Positions 9,739 through 18,979 are shown, counted from the first letter of the stretch. The stretch is 44,054 bases of DNA from Verrucomicrobiia bacterium (GCA_035505015.1 DATJRF010000093.1:1-44054); one strand, 5' to 3'. The notes: a model not told the origin generated them from the sequence alone. Translations and numbers: made by a program.

Positions 9739-11100
9739 GTGCACAAGGGTATCCCCATCGTTGCCGCCGCGCTTACCATGGTCGGCTGCGCGAGCTTCGC
9801 GCCCTCGCAATCGCCGCTTCCCTCGCAGCCGCTGCGCTCGCGTGCCGCGCTGACCGGCGCAGGGCATTACATCAAGCACGTCGTCCTGATCGTTCAAGAA
9901 AACCGCAGCTTCGACAACCTCTTCGCGGGCTTCCCCGGAGCCGACGCACCCACGCACGGGAAGATCGGCAGCCAGTCGATTGCGCTCGCGCCCCGATCGC
10001 TCGCCGACGGAGCGATCATCGAGAACGAATGGCGCGACGCAATCGCCGCGTGGGATCACGGAAAGATGGATCGCTTCGACGAGGAGCTCGCCTATCCGCC
10101 GAGCACGACGGTGCCCTACTCGTACGTTCCCCGCTCGGAGAGCCTGCCGCTTTGGACGATCGCCGAGCAATGGGTGCTCGCCGATCGCATGTTCCCGACG
10201 CAGTTCGGCCCCAGCTTCACCGCGCACTTGAGCCTCATCTCCTCCAACACCGAGATCGACAACGGCAAGCTCGACGAAGTCGACTATCCGACGTCGCTGC
10301 CGTGGAACTGCGATGCAGCACCGGGAACCACCACCTTTACGCTAACGCAGCAGCGCGTGGTCGAGGGCAACGGGCCTTTCCCGTGTTTTTCCGGCATCCG
10401 CACCATCGCCGATCCGCTCGACGCGAAGGGCGTCTCTTGGCGCTATTACGCGCCGCCGGTTTCGTCGGGGCTCGCCTGGGACGTCTGGTCTGAGTTCGGA
10501 GCGATCGATTCGATCCGCTACGGGCCCGACTGGAAGAACGTCGTCACGCCGCAGACGCAGGTGCTCGAGGACATCGCCGACGGCGCGCTGCCGGCGATGT
10601 CGTGGGTGATTCCCGACTGGCAAGATTCGGATCACCCCGGCAGCGACAGCACCACCGGGCCCTCGTGGGTGGCCGGCGTCGTGAACGCGATCGGCGAGAG
10701 CAAGTACTGGGACTCGACGGCGATCGTCATCCTTTGGGACGATTGGGGCGGCTGGTACGACAACGTTTCGCCGCCCTATCGCGACTTTCGCGGCCTGGGC
10801 ATTCGCACTCCCTGCTTGATCGTTTCGCCGTACGACCGCAAGAGCGCGAGCGGAAAACCGGGCTACGTCTCGCACACGCAGTACGAGTACGGCAGCATCA
10901 TGGCCTTCGTCGAGGACGTCTTCGGACTCGGGCGGATCGGACCGGCGTCGATGGGGTATACCGACGGCCGGGCCCCGAGCATGCTCGACGTCTTCGATTT
11001 CACGCAGCGTCCGCGCGCCTTCAAGGCGATCCCCGCTCCTTATCCCCCGTCGCACTTCCTGCACGAGAGACCCTCCTTCAAGCCGCCGGACGATCACTAG
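9739..11100 (+). CDS. Phosphoesterase-family protein (AcpA / non-haemolytic phospholipase C family), lipoprotein
   Basis: GTG 9739 gives a signal peptide with lipobox (VAAALTMVGC). The family signature HVVLIVQENRSFDNLFAGFPG is present. The 5' part of track ORF 9592 overlaps the previous gene. Confidence 0.7.
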   Translation: MHKGIPIVAAALTMVGCASFAPSQSPLPSQPLRSRAALTGAGHYIKHVVLIVQENRSFDNLFAGFPGADAPTHGKIGSQSIALAPRSLADGAIIENEWRDAIAAWDHGKMDRFDEELAYPPSTTVPYSYVPRSESLPLWTIAEQWVLADRMFPTQFGPSFTAHLSLISSNTEIDNGKLDEVDYPTSLPWNCDAAPGTTTFTLTQQRVVEGNGPFPCFSGIRTIADPLDAKGVSWRYYAPPVSSGLAWDVWSEFGAIDSIRYGPDWKNVVTPQTQVLEDIADGALPAMSWVIPDWQDSDHPGSDSTTGPSWVAGVVNAIGESKYWDSTAIVILWDDWGGWYDNVSPPYRDFRGLGIRTPCLIVSPYDRKSASGKPGYVSHTQYEYGSIMAFVEDVFGLGRIGPASMGYTDGRAPSMLDVFDFTQRPRAFKAIPAPYPPSHFLHERPSFKPPDDH

Positions 11101-11120
11101 GAACCATGAACCGCGAGGCC

Positions 11121-12089
11121 CTAGCCTGGCCCGCGATGTGACTCCGCCGGCGTACCGCGGAAGCATCCCACCGTGTACGGATACTCGTACGTGGCGTGGT
11201 AGTGGTACATCACAACCATCTTCCCGTGCCACAGAATCGCGTGCGTATGGCCGTGGCAAGCGTCCAAGTCCGCGTCGGTGAGTATCTTGCCGTTCTCGCC
11301 GCGATGGCCGTAGATCCCAAATCCGTCGAGCGCGTAGCCGATGAGCTTCGAATGCCCGGTGCCCGGATCGCTCAAGCAGCTCGTGACCATGTGATAGTGA
11401 TACGTGTCGGATTGATCCGGGTGGCCGCCGCACTTGTCGAAGATCTCGTGCGCACCGCCGTCGCGGCCGGCGGCGTCGAGGGCGTTGAAGAACTGTGCGC
11501 CATCGGTGGTAACGCCGATCGGCCCCATCGGCAGGCACGACGGCGTCTTGGCGACGGTCGGGTTCGCCGGGACGTCGTCCGCGACGTTCTGAGCCTCGAT
11601 GCTGTTGGGATTACCGTCGTACTTGTGCGCCGGATCGCTGGGCTGGATCGGGAAGATCCCGGTCGGCTCCGACGGCAAGCCGTTACCGGTGATCTCGCGC
11701 ACCGCGCCGTCGATGACGTCTTTGAGCTCCGACGTCCACGTGACCGAGCCTTCCACCGTCGGCTTCGTCTCCAAGTTCCACGTCTTGGTCGTCTCGTCGA
11801 TCCACGGCGTCGGACCGTCGGCTCCGCCGCCGTTGAACGAGGTCATGCACGAATCGACGTAGCCGACTTTGGGCGTCGTCGAAACCTTGCCGTCGCCCAG
11901 GGGCAGCGCCGTGAGCGAGATGTGGCTGCGTTTGATCCCTTCGAGTGCCGCCGTCGATATCTCGGTCGTAGCGCCAACGCCTCCCGAGGTGCCGCTCGAC
12001 GCGAGCGCCGGCGCCCCGGCGGCCCCTGCGCTGCAGCCTTGTGCCAACACGCCGAGCGCGAGCATTCCGGCAAGAACTGATTTTCGCAT
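11121..12089 (-). CDS. YHYH-domain lipoprotein
   Basis: ATG 12089 is preceded by GGGAGGA. The lipobox is VLAQGC. The C-terminal region carries His/Tyr-rich motifs (TYHYHM, CHGHTH, MYHYHATYEYPYTVGCF). Confidence 0.65.
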   Translation of the reverse strand: MRKSVLAGMLALGVLAQGCSAGAAGAPALASSGTSGGVGATTEISTAALEGIKRSHISLTALPLGDGKVSTTPKVGYVDSCMTSFNGGGADGPTPWIDETTKTWNLETKPTVEGSVTWTSELKDVIDGAVREITGNGLPSEPTGIFPIQPSDPAHKYDGNPNSIEAQNVADDVPANPTVAKTPSCLPMGPIGVTTDGAQFFNALDAAGRDGGAHEIFDKCGGHPDQSDTYHYHMVTSCLSDPGTGHSKLIGYALDGFGIYGHRGENGKILTDADLDACHGHTHAILWHGKMVVMYHYHATYEYPYTVGCFRGTPAESHRGPG

Positions 12090-12171
12090 GATTCCTCCCA
12101 TCGGTCTGTGGGGGAATCCTAGGAGAGAAATCTTGTGGCTATCTGTGGCCGCCCCCAGGCCGGTATAAGGA

Positions 12172-13497
12172 TCACTTGACCTCAACGACCTCGGCGCCGT
12201 CCCACTGCGTCCGGCCGCGCTCGCGTACCGCCGAGAGCGTGCAGCGATCGCGAAAGTACGCCGCCGCGGTGTCGGTCGAATCGAGCTCCGCGACGCGCGC
12301 GAAGAGCCTCCCGGCGGTGAGGAAGTAGCCCTTGCGAAACTCCGACATCGCGGCCAGAAACGCTTCGGAGGTGCGCCGCTTGTGCGCGATCGCCTCGTCC
12401 GGGTCGTTGTCGTAGCACTCGAAGATCTCGACGCTGTGCGTCTTGCCCTTGGCCTTGACGGCCCCGAGGTGGCGCAACAGATGGTCGTGCGCGTCGGGCA
12501 ATCCCGCTACCACCGAGCCGCTGACCAGCAGCGAGACGCCGAAGGTCTTCGTCAGGCCTTCGATGCGCGAGGCCACGTTGACGGCATCGGAGATGACCGT
12601 CGTCTGCATGCGCTCCTCTTCGCCGATCGTGCCCAAGATCAGATCGCCCGTGTGTAAGCCGATGCCGATTCGCACCGGCGTATAGCCGGCCATCGCTCGG
12701 CCGCGATTGTACACGACCACTTGGCGCTGCAGCTCCACCGCAGCCTCGAGCGCGTCGCTCGAGGAGCGTGGAAAGAGCGCCATGATTCCGTCGCCGATGT
12801 ACTTGTCGACGAAGCCGTGGTTGGAGCGAATCACCGGCGTGACTTGGCGGAGGTAGGAGTTGAGGAAGTTGAAGTTCTCCTGCGGCGACATTCCTTCGGA
12901 GAGTGCGGTGAAGTCGCGTATGTCGCAGAAAAACACCGTCATCTCGCGCTGGACGTGATCGCCGAGCCGGACGTCGGCGAGCGTCTTACGCCCGAGATTG
13001 TCGAGAAACTCGCGAGGAACGAAGCGGCCAGCCGCGTTCGTGTAAACCTCCAGCACGGCGGTGTCTTCGGGCTCCAAGCGCGCGCGCAAGCGAATGGTCG
13101 CGTCGTTGAGCATGCGTCGCTGCAGCGCGAGCTGAACGCGCCGCGTGATCAGCAGCGGATTGTTCGCTTCGAAAGGCGTGATGAGGTAGTCTTCGGCGCC
13201 GTACTGCAAGCATTTTTGAATGCGCTCCGGCGCGAGCGCCGGCCCGGTCACGATCGTCGACGCGCGGGTGCGCCCTCCACCGCCCGGTGCGGCCGCCTGC
13301 AGCACGCGTACGACGTCGTTATTGGGCTGCATCAGATCGAGCAGCAGCAGATCGACGCGACGCCCCTCCAGCTGCGAGATCGCCTCCGAGGCCGTAAGCC
13401 GGCGCACGTCGGCGTAGCCGGCGCCGAGCAGCGCCGCTTCCAAGAGGCGATTGTCGGCCTCTCCCCCGCCGACCCGGACGATCCGTGTGCCCTGCAA
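12172..13497 (-). CDS. Response-regulator receiver domain fused to a class III nucleotidyl (adenylate/guanylate) cyclase
   Basis: Cyclase motifs are present (FFCDIRDFTALSE, VDKYIGDGIMALF, DAVNVASRIE). The N-terminal receiver-like domain contains VDLLLLDL. I preferred TTG 13497, which has GAGGGAGG 5 nt upstream. The alternative is TTG 13554. Confidence 0.75.
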   Translation of the reverse strand: MQGTRIVRVGGGEADNRLLEAALLGAGYADVRRLTASEAISQLEGRRVDLLLLDLMQPNNDVVRVLQAAAPGGGGRTRASTIVTGPALAPERIQKCLQYGAEDYLITPFEANNPLLITRRVQLALQRRMLNDATIRLRARLEPEDTAVLEVYTNAAGRFVPREFLDNLGRKTLADVRLGDHVQREMTVFFCDIRDFTALSEGMSPQENFNFLNSYLRQVTPVIRSNHGFVDKYIGDGIMALFPRSSSDALEAAVELQRQVVVYNRGRAMAGYTPVRIGIGLHTGDLILGTIGEEERMQTTVISDAVNVASRIEGLTKTFGVSLLVSGSVVAGLPDAHDHLLRHLGAVKAKGKTHSVEIFECYDNDPDEAIAHKRRTSEAFLAAMSEFRKGYFLTAGRLFARVAELDSTDTAAAYFRDRCTLSAVRERGRTQWDGAEVVEVK

Positions 13498-13659
13498 GAG
13501 CGCCTCCCTCGGGCCGTGATGCTTTCGGCCCTCCGATGGAATTCCCCGACCCAAGAGTCCCTCGAGAGCCCGATTCGCCGCGTCGAAGAGGCGATCTTTA
13601 CGGCAACTTTACCGCAACGGCTTGTCATCCGCCGACAGCCCGGGAGCGTAGTAAGGAGT

Positions 13660-14274
13660 ATGAAAACCGCCCTCAACGCCTTCGTCCTCGCACTCGCCGC
13701 CGCTCTCGCCTTCGCGGCGCCCGTCGCGGCGGCGAAGCCAGCCCAAACCCAGAGCGTCGTTCTCGCCGGCGGCTGCTTCTGGGGCATGCAGGCCGTCTTC
13801 GGAGCGTTGCGCGGCGTTACGGCCGTAGCCGGCTATTCCGGCGGCGACGAGGCTACGGCGCACTACGAGATGGTGAGCACCGGGACCACCGGCCACGCCG
13901 AATCCGTCGAGCTCACGTACGATCCGGCGAAGATCAGCTTCGCGCAGATCCTCGAGGTCTATTTCCTGGTCGCGCACGATCCGACGGAGCTCGACCGGCA
14001 AGGCCCCGACGACGGGACGCAGTACCGCTCGGAGATCTTCTACACGACGCCCCAACAGCTGGCGGCCTCCCGCGCCTACATCGCCAAACTCACGAGCGAG
14101 AAAATCTTCAACGCGCCGATCGTCACGCAGCTCGCGCCCTTACGCGGCTTCTATCCCGCCGAGGCCTATCACCAGAACTTCGTCGCCCACAATCCCGACA
14201 ACCCGTACGTCGTCTACAACGACCTGCCGAAACTCCAAAAGCTCAAAGAAAAGTTCCCCCAGCTCCTACGCTAG
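13660..14274 (+). CDS. msrA: Peptide-methionine (S)-S-oxide reductase MsrA, with signal peptide
   Basis: ATG 13660 follows TAAGGAG. The signal peptide is MKTALNAFVLALAAALAFAAPVAAA. The active-site motif GGCFWG and the GHAESVELTYDP block are present. The 5' part of track ORF 12721 is antisense to the cyclase gene. Confidence 0.9.
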   Translation: MKTALNAFVLALAAALAFAAPVAAAKPAQTQSVVLAGGCFWGMQAVFGALRGVTAVAGYSGGDEATAHYEMVSTGTTGHAESVELTYDPAKISFAQILEVYFLVAHDPTELDRQGPDDGTQYRSEIFYTTPQQLAASRAYIAKLTSEKIFNAPIVTQLAPLRGFYPAEAYHQNFVAHNPDNPYVVYNDLPKLQKLKEKFPQLLR

Positions 14275-14295
14275 CGTTCCGATTTACGCAGCTTC

Positions 14296-15204
14296 TTAGA
14301 TCGGCAAATCGTCGGCGTGGCTGGCCCAGCTGCGCGGGTCGAAGTACCAGGCGGGGAGGCTCGGCGGGAAGGTGATGTCTTTGAACGTGTAATCGACGAC
14401 GCCGAGGTGGCCGAGATACTCTTGATCCTGCTCCTTCTGCGGCTGGCCGTGGATCGTCGTGACCACCGGGATGCCGTCGAGCATGTCGAGCGTGACGGTA
14501 AAGAGCATCGGGAACACCTGCGGTCCGTCGAAGAACTTATCGGTCGCCACCAGGCGGTGCAGTTCGAGCGTCTTGCGATCGACGTAGATCTCGCGCAAGC
14601 GATTGCGGTTGGGGTCGCGGCGCGGCAGCAAGCTGACGTGAATGTAATCGCCTTCGATCGCGACGTTCGTCACGCGATAGTCGAACTCGCCCAGCACCGT
14701 CACCGACGCGATGAGCGGGGGCAGCGAACCGGTCGGCTCCGGCGTCGGCGCCTCGGTCACCGCGTGCGGACGACTCGGCGCCGGTTGGAAGAGATCGGCC
14801 GTCGGCGGACCCGGATCGCGCGCCTCGTTGAACTCCGGCCGCAAGAACTCGGCGAAGCCGCGATCGTCGTGGCGATAGACCTTTCTTCCCAGGCATGCGT
14901 CGTCGTAGGTACGGCACCAGATGTGGTAGGTGTAGCTGTTGACGAGATCCGGGTACGGCGGATCGCCGTAATCGGTAAGCTGCGCGCGCACCAGCGTATA
15001 GGTCTCGTATGGCGGCGGTGGGCGGTGCGAGCGGAACTGGCGGCGGATCAGGAATAGCAGGCGGTCGGGTGAGGGCAAGGGGCTGGGCGTTGCGGTCGCC
15101 GTCGCCGCGCGGGCGACGAGCCGTTCGCCTCCCCGCTCGGGCGGCAAGGCGGCGGCGCAGAGAAGAATCGCGGCGAACGCGACGATGCTTGCGAGATATT
15201 TCAC
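14296..15204 (-). CDS. Secreted hypothetical protein
   Basis: An N-terminal signal peptide is present (MKYLASIVAFAAILLCAAA). Composition is coding-like. I recognised no family. Confidence 0.5.
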   Translation of the reverse strand: MKYLASIVAFAAILLCAAALPPERGGERLVARAATATATPSPLPSPDRLLFLIRRQFRSHRPPPPYETYTLVRAQLTDYGDPPYPDLVNSYTYHIWCRTYDDACLGRKVYRHDDRGFAEFLRPEFNEARDPGPPTADLFQPAPSRPHAVTEAPTPEPTGSLPPLIASVTVLGEFDYRVTNVAIEGDYIHVSLLPRRDPNRNRLREIYVDRKTLELHRLVATDKFFDGPQVFPMLFTVTLDMLDGIPVVTTIHGQPQKEQDQEYLGHLGVVDYTFKDITFPPSLPAWYFDPRSWASHADDLPI

Positions 15205-15243
15205 GGCAACGCCACCATTTGTCGCCGCACCGGCATCCTCATG

Positions 15244-16008
15244 CTAGCGCGGCGCCAGGCGAATCGCTCCATCCAGGCGGACCACCTCGCCGTTGAGCAT
15301 TTGATTCTCGACGATGTGCCGGGCGAGCGCCGCGAACTCCGCGGGGCGTCCCAAGCGTGCCGGAAAGGGCGTCTGCTTGCCCAGCGATTCCCGCGCCGCC
15401 TCCGGCAACCCGGCGAGCATCGGCGTGTCGAAGATCCCCGGCGCGATGCCGGCTACGCGAATCTGATGCTGCGCGAGCTCGCGCGCCGCCGGCAGCACTA
15501 AAGCCACCACGCCGCCCTTCGAAGCCGCGTACGCCGCCTGCCCGATCTGGCCGTCATACGCGGCGACCGAGGCCGTGCACACCACCACGCCGCGATCTTC
15601 GCCGGGTTCGACGGCGCGCTCGATCATCCGCGCAGCGACCAACCGCAACACGTTGAACGTCCCGATGAGGTTTACCGCAACGACGCGCGAAAAATGTTCC
15701 AGCGGCTGCGCGCCGTCGCGCCCTACGATGCGTTCGGCCGTCGCGACGCCCGCGCAGTTGATCGCGCCGTGCACGGCACCGAAGGCCCCGATCGCCGTGT
15801 CGATCGCCGCCGCGACGGCGTCGGCGCTCGTCACGTCGGTGCGCGCGAATCGCGCTCGCTCCCCGAGCTCGCTCGCAAGCTCCGCGCCGCGCTCGCTCAC
15901 GTCGGCGATGATCACCTTTGCTCCGGCTCCGATAAACTCTCGCGCGCACGCCGCGCCCAGCCCCGAGCTTGCGCCGGTGACCACGAAGACTCGATCCTTC
16001 AGCTCCAT
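15244..16008 (-). CDS. Short-chain dehydrogenase/reductase, 3-hydroxyacyl-CoA dehydrogenase-like
   Basis: ATG 16008 gives MELKDRVFVVTGASSGLG (a TGxxxGxG motif). The catalytic YAASKGG motif is present. Confidence 0.8.
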   Translation of the reverse strand: MELKDRVFVVTGASSGLGAACAREFIGAGAKVIIADVSERGAELASELGERARFARTDVTSADAVAAAIDTAIGAFGAVHGAINCAGVATAERIVGRDGAQPLEHFSRVVAVNLIGTFNVLRLVAARMIERAVEPGEDRGVVVCTASVAAYDGQIGQAAYAASKGGVVALVLPAARELAQHQIRVAGIAPGIFDTPMLAGLPEAARESLGKQTPFPARLGRPAEFAALARHIVENQMLNGEVVRLDGAIRLAPR

Positions 16009-16030
16009 CCGGTACGACCTTTCCGCATCT

Positions 16031-17167
16031 TCAGATGCGCTCGATGATGGCGGCATTGGCCATGCCGCCGCCTTCACACATGACGATCAGTGCGTATCGC
16101 CCACCCCGTCGCTCCAGCTCGCGCAGCGCGATCGTCACCAGGCGCGCCCCGGTCGCGCCGAGCGGGTGCCCGAGCGCGATCGCCCCGCCGTTGACGTTGG
16201 TCCGTTGCGGGTCCGCCCCGGTCTCGCGCAGCCATGCGAGCACGACGCTCGCGAACGCTTCGTTGACCTCGAAGAGGTCGATCTGCTCGAGCCGCAAACC
16301 GCTGCGCTCCAGCACTTTGCGCGTCGCCGGAATCGTCGCCGCCAGCATGAGCACGGGATCGTCGCCCAGAACCGCCGTCGCCACGACGCGCGCGCGCGCC
16401 CGCAGGCCGCGCTGGTTCGCGAACTCGCGCTCGCAGAGCAGCAACGCCGCCGCGCCGTCGCTGATCTGCGAGGCGTTTCCCGCCGTCACGACGCCGCCCT
16501 CGCGAAACGCCGGCCGCAGCGCCGCGAGCTTCTCGATGCTCGTGTCCGCGCGAACCCCTTCGTCGCGCAGCAAGCCCGCGACCGGCAGCAGCGTTCCGGC
16601 GAATCGCTCTTCCAGCGCCGCCGCATGGGCGCGCACGTGGCTTTCGAGGCTGTACGCATCGAGCTGCTCGCGCGTGAGCGCGAAGCGGGCGGCGAGCAGC
16701 TCGGCGCTCTCCCCTTGATCGATCAGCCGCCCGTCGTAACGCGCGCGCAACGCCGGGCCGAAGCGCTCGCCGGGACCGTTCGCGTACGAAGCCCCGAGCG
16801 GAACGCGCGACATCGACTCCACGCCGCAGGCGATCGCGCACTGGTAGTCGCCCGCAGCGATCCCGGCCGCCGCAAAGGAGAGCGCTTGCAGGCTCGATCC
16901 GCACTGCCGGTCGATCGTCACGCCCGGCACCGATTCGGGCAGACCCGCCGCCAGCGCCGCGCTGCGCGCGACGTCGAGCGACTGCTCGCCGATCTGGCTG
17001 ACGCAGCCGGCGAGCACGTCGTCGATCGCCGCCGGCTCGACGGTGTTGCGAGCGACGAGCGCACGCAATACCTCGGCGAGCAGATCCACCGGGTGAATCC
17101 CCGAGAGAGCGCCGTTGCGCTTCCCCGCCGGCGTGCGCAACGCATCGACGATCACCGCCTCTCTCAC
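16031..17167 (-). CDS. Acetyl-CoA C-acyltransferase (thiolase)
   Basis: Thiolase motifs are present (DRQCGSSLQA, NVNGGAIALGHPLGATG, MCEGGGMANA). GTG 17167 overlaps the upstream stop (GTGA). Confidence 0.85.
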   Translation of the reverse strand: MREAVIVDALRTPAGKRNGALSGIHPVDLLAEVLRALVARNTVEPAAIDDVLAGCVSQIGEQSLDVARSAALAAGLPESVPGVTIDRQCGSSLQALSFAAAGIAAGDYQCAIACGVESMSRVPLGASYANGPGERFGPALRARYDGRLIDQGESAELLAARFALTREQLDAYSLESHVRAHAAALEERFAGTLLPVAGLLRDEGVRADTSIEKLAALRPAFREGGVVTAGNASQISDGAAALLLCEREFANQRGLRARARVVATAVLGDDPVLMLAATIPATRKVLERSGLRLEQIDLFEVNEAFASVVLAWLRETGADPQRTNVNGGAIALGHPLGATGARLVTIALRELERRGGRYALIVMCEGGGMANAAIIERI

Positions 17168-18027
17168 GGTGCGCCGCCGGACTCGGCCGGGATCGCGGCC
17201 AACGGCACGTCGAGCTCGTCGGCGAGCGCCTGCCAATGCGCGGCACTCCGCTGCGCGAACGCTCGGCTCAAAGACGCCTCGTCGAGCCGTTCGAGATCGA
17301 GCAGCTCTTGCAGCCGCGCGATGAAGTGCGTCTCCAGCGCGGCCACGGCAATCCAGCCGTCGCTCGCACGATACAAGCGATACGTGTCCAGCCCGCCCCC
17401 CAGCGGGCCGCCCGGCGCCGTCAGCCCGTGCCGCAGCGGCGCCGCGAACGCGCGCGCCGCGTCGACGATCGCGACCTCGACGCGCATGCCTTGCGAGCCG
17501 CGCTCACGAGCCAGCAAGGCCGCGAGCGCGCTCGAGACCGCGCGCTCGGCGGCGGCCAGATCTGCAACGACCGTGCGCGGCATCGCCGGCGGCGAGAGCA
17601 GCCCCGCCCGCGCCTGATAGGTGAGGTCGTGGCCGGCGCGGTCGTCGTGCGGCGACGCCTCGCCCACGATCGCGACGTGCACGAGGCGCGGATAGCGCGC
17701 GTGCAGCGAGGGCCAGCCCAGACCAAGGCGTTCGAGCGCGGCGGCACGCATCGTCGTCAGCAGCAGATCGGCATCGCGTAACGCATCGCGCAGCGCTTGC
17801 CGGGCCGGCTCCTCGCGCAGATCCCAGCGCACGACCTCGATGCCGGCGACGATCTCGCGATACCAGCGGGGTGCCGGCGTCTCCAACGCGTCGCCGTGGA
17901 TCGGCTCGATCTTGAGAACGCTCGCACCCATCGCATGCAGCGCGGCGGCGGCAAGCGGGCCCGGGACGTTGGTGACGAGCGCGACGACGCGAACGCCGTC
18001 GAGCGCGCCAGCGAGGGCGTCGGTCAT
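17164..18027 (-). CDS. Family III CoA-transferase (CaiB/BaiF-like), short form
   Basis: ATG 18027 gives MTDALAGALDGVRVVALVTNVPGPLAAAALHAMGASVLKIEP, a typical family-III N-terminus. A GHDLTYQA block is present. The protein is about 288 aa, shorter than usual for the family. Confidence 0.65.
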   Translation of the reverse strand: MTDALAGALDGVRVVALVTNVPGPLAAAALHAMGASVLKIEPIHGDALETPAPRWYREIVAGIEVVRWDLREEPARQALRDALRDADLLLTTMRAAALERLGLGWPSLHARYPRLVHVAIVGEASPHDDRAGHDLTYQARAGLLSPPAMPRTVVADLAAAERAVSSALAALLARERGSQGMRVEVAIVDAARAFAAPLRHGLTAPGGPLGGGLDTYRLYRASDGWIAVAALETHFIARLQELLDLERLDEASLSRAFAQRSAAHWQALADELDVPLAAIPAESGGAP

Positions 18028-18979
18028 GCATGAGCACTTCGCGCGGCGCCGAAGGAGCCCCGTCGTGCCCAAGAAATCCTCCCGGCGGCAGCGCGGACCG
18101 GGCGCCCGCGTCGCCGTGCTCCTCCTGCTGCTCGTCCTCGCGGCAATCGTCTCCTGGCAGATTTTCACACCGCGCCACCGCGCCGAGCCGCTGCGCGTCG
18201 CGCGAGCGAGCCCGCGGCCGCCGCTCGCGACGCCCTCGCCGACGCCGGCGCCCGTTGCGTCGAGTTCGCCCAGCGCGCTGCCGCCGGTGCCGGCGCGCCC
18301 TGCGCGCAGCGGCGGCGCAAAGCTCGCGCTCATCGTCGACGATTGCGGGCAATGGATCGACACCGAGCGCGGCTTCCTCGCACTCGACATCCCGCTCACG
18401 CTCTCGGTATTGCCGTCGGTGCGCTACACGACGACGATCCAGCGCGAAGCGGCGGCGGCGGGCAAAGGCGTCATGCTTCACCTGCCGATGGAGACCGTCT
18501 CCGGGCTCTATCCCGGGCCCGGCGAGGTCACGACCGAGATGAGCGACGCGCAGATCGTCGCGCAGGTGGAAGCGGATCTCGCGCAAGTTCCTCTCGCGAC
18601 CGGCGTCAACAACCACGAGGGGAGCAAAGGCTCGGCGGATCCGCGCGTGATGCGCGACGTCATCGGCGTGCTCGCCAAGCGCGGGCTCTTCTTCATCGAC
18701 TCTCGCACGAGCGCGGCGTCGGTCGGCGAGCAGACCGCGCTCGCCGCCGGCGTACCGACCGCGGCGCGCGACGTCTTTCTCGACAACCGCGCCGACCTCG
18801 CTTACACCGAGCAGCAGCTACGCGACGCCGCAGCGATCGCTCGCCGCACCGGCAGCGCGATCGCGATCGGCCATCCGCGGCCGACCACGCTGGCCGCAGT
18901 CCGGGCGCTCGCGCCCGAGCTCCAAGCGCAAGGCATCGAGTTCGTGCTGGCGGGCCGGCTGACGAGCGCTACGCACTAA
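18026..18979 (+). CDS. Divergent polysaccharide deacetylase family protein (YibQ-like), membrane anchored
   Basis: A basic N-terminus is followed by a TM helix (VAVLLLLLVLAAIVSW). Family blocks are present (LALIVDDCG, LPMETVSG, GVNNHEGSKGSAD, LFFIDSRTS). Confidence 0.7.
   Translation: MHEHFARRRRSPVVPKKSSRRQRGPGARVAVLLLLLVLAAIVSWQIFTPRHRAEPLRVARASPRPPLATPSPTPAPVASSSPSALPPVPARPARSGGAKLALIVDDCGQWIDTERGFLALDIPLTLSVLPSVRYTTTIQREAAAAGKGVMLHLPMETVSGLYPGPGEVTTEMSDAQIVAQVEADLAQVPLATGVNNHEGSKGSADPRVMRDVIGVLAKRGLFFIDSRTSAASVGEQTALAAGVPTAARDVFLDNRADLAYTEQQLRDAAAIARRTGSAIAIGHPRPTTLAAVRALAPELQAQGIEFVLAGRLTSATH

Noticed and set aside
11112-11135. A bulged 8-bp GC hairpin between the convergent phosphoesterase and YHYH genes, as a possible bidirectional terminator.
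   Set aside because: It has no flanking T or A tracts and it overlaps the YHYH coding end. The evidence is too weak.
12721-13659. The long N-terminal extension of the msrA ORF.
   Set aside because: It is antisense to the receiver-cyclase gene. The MsrA signal peptide and a strong RBS define ATG 13660.
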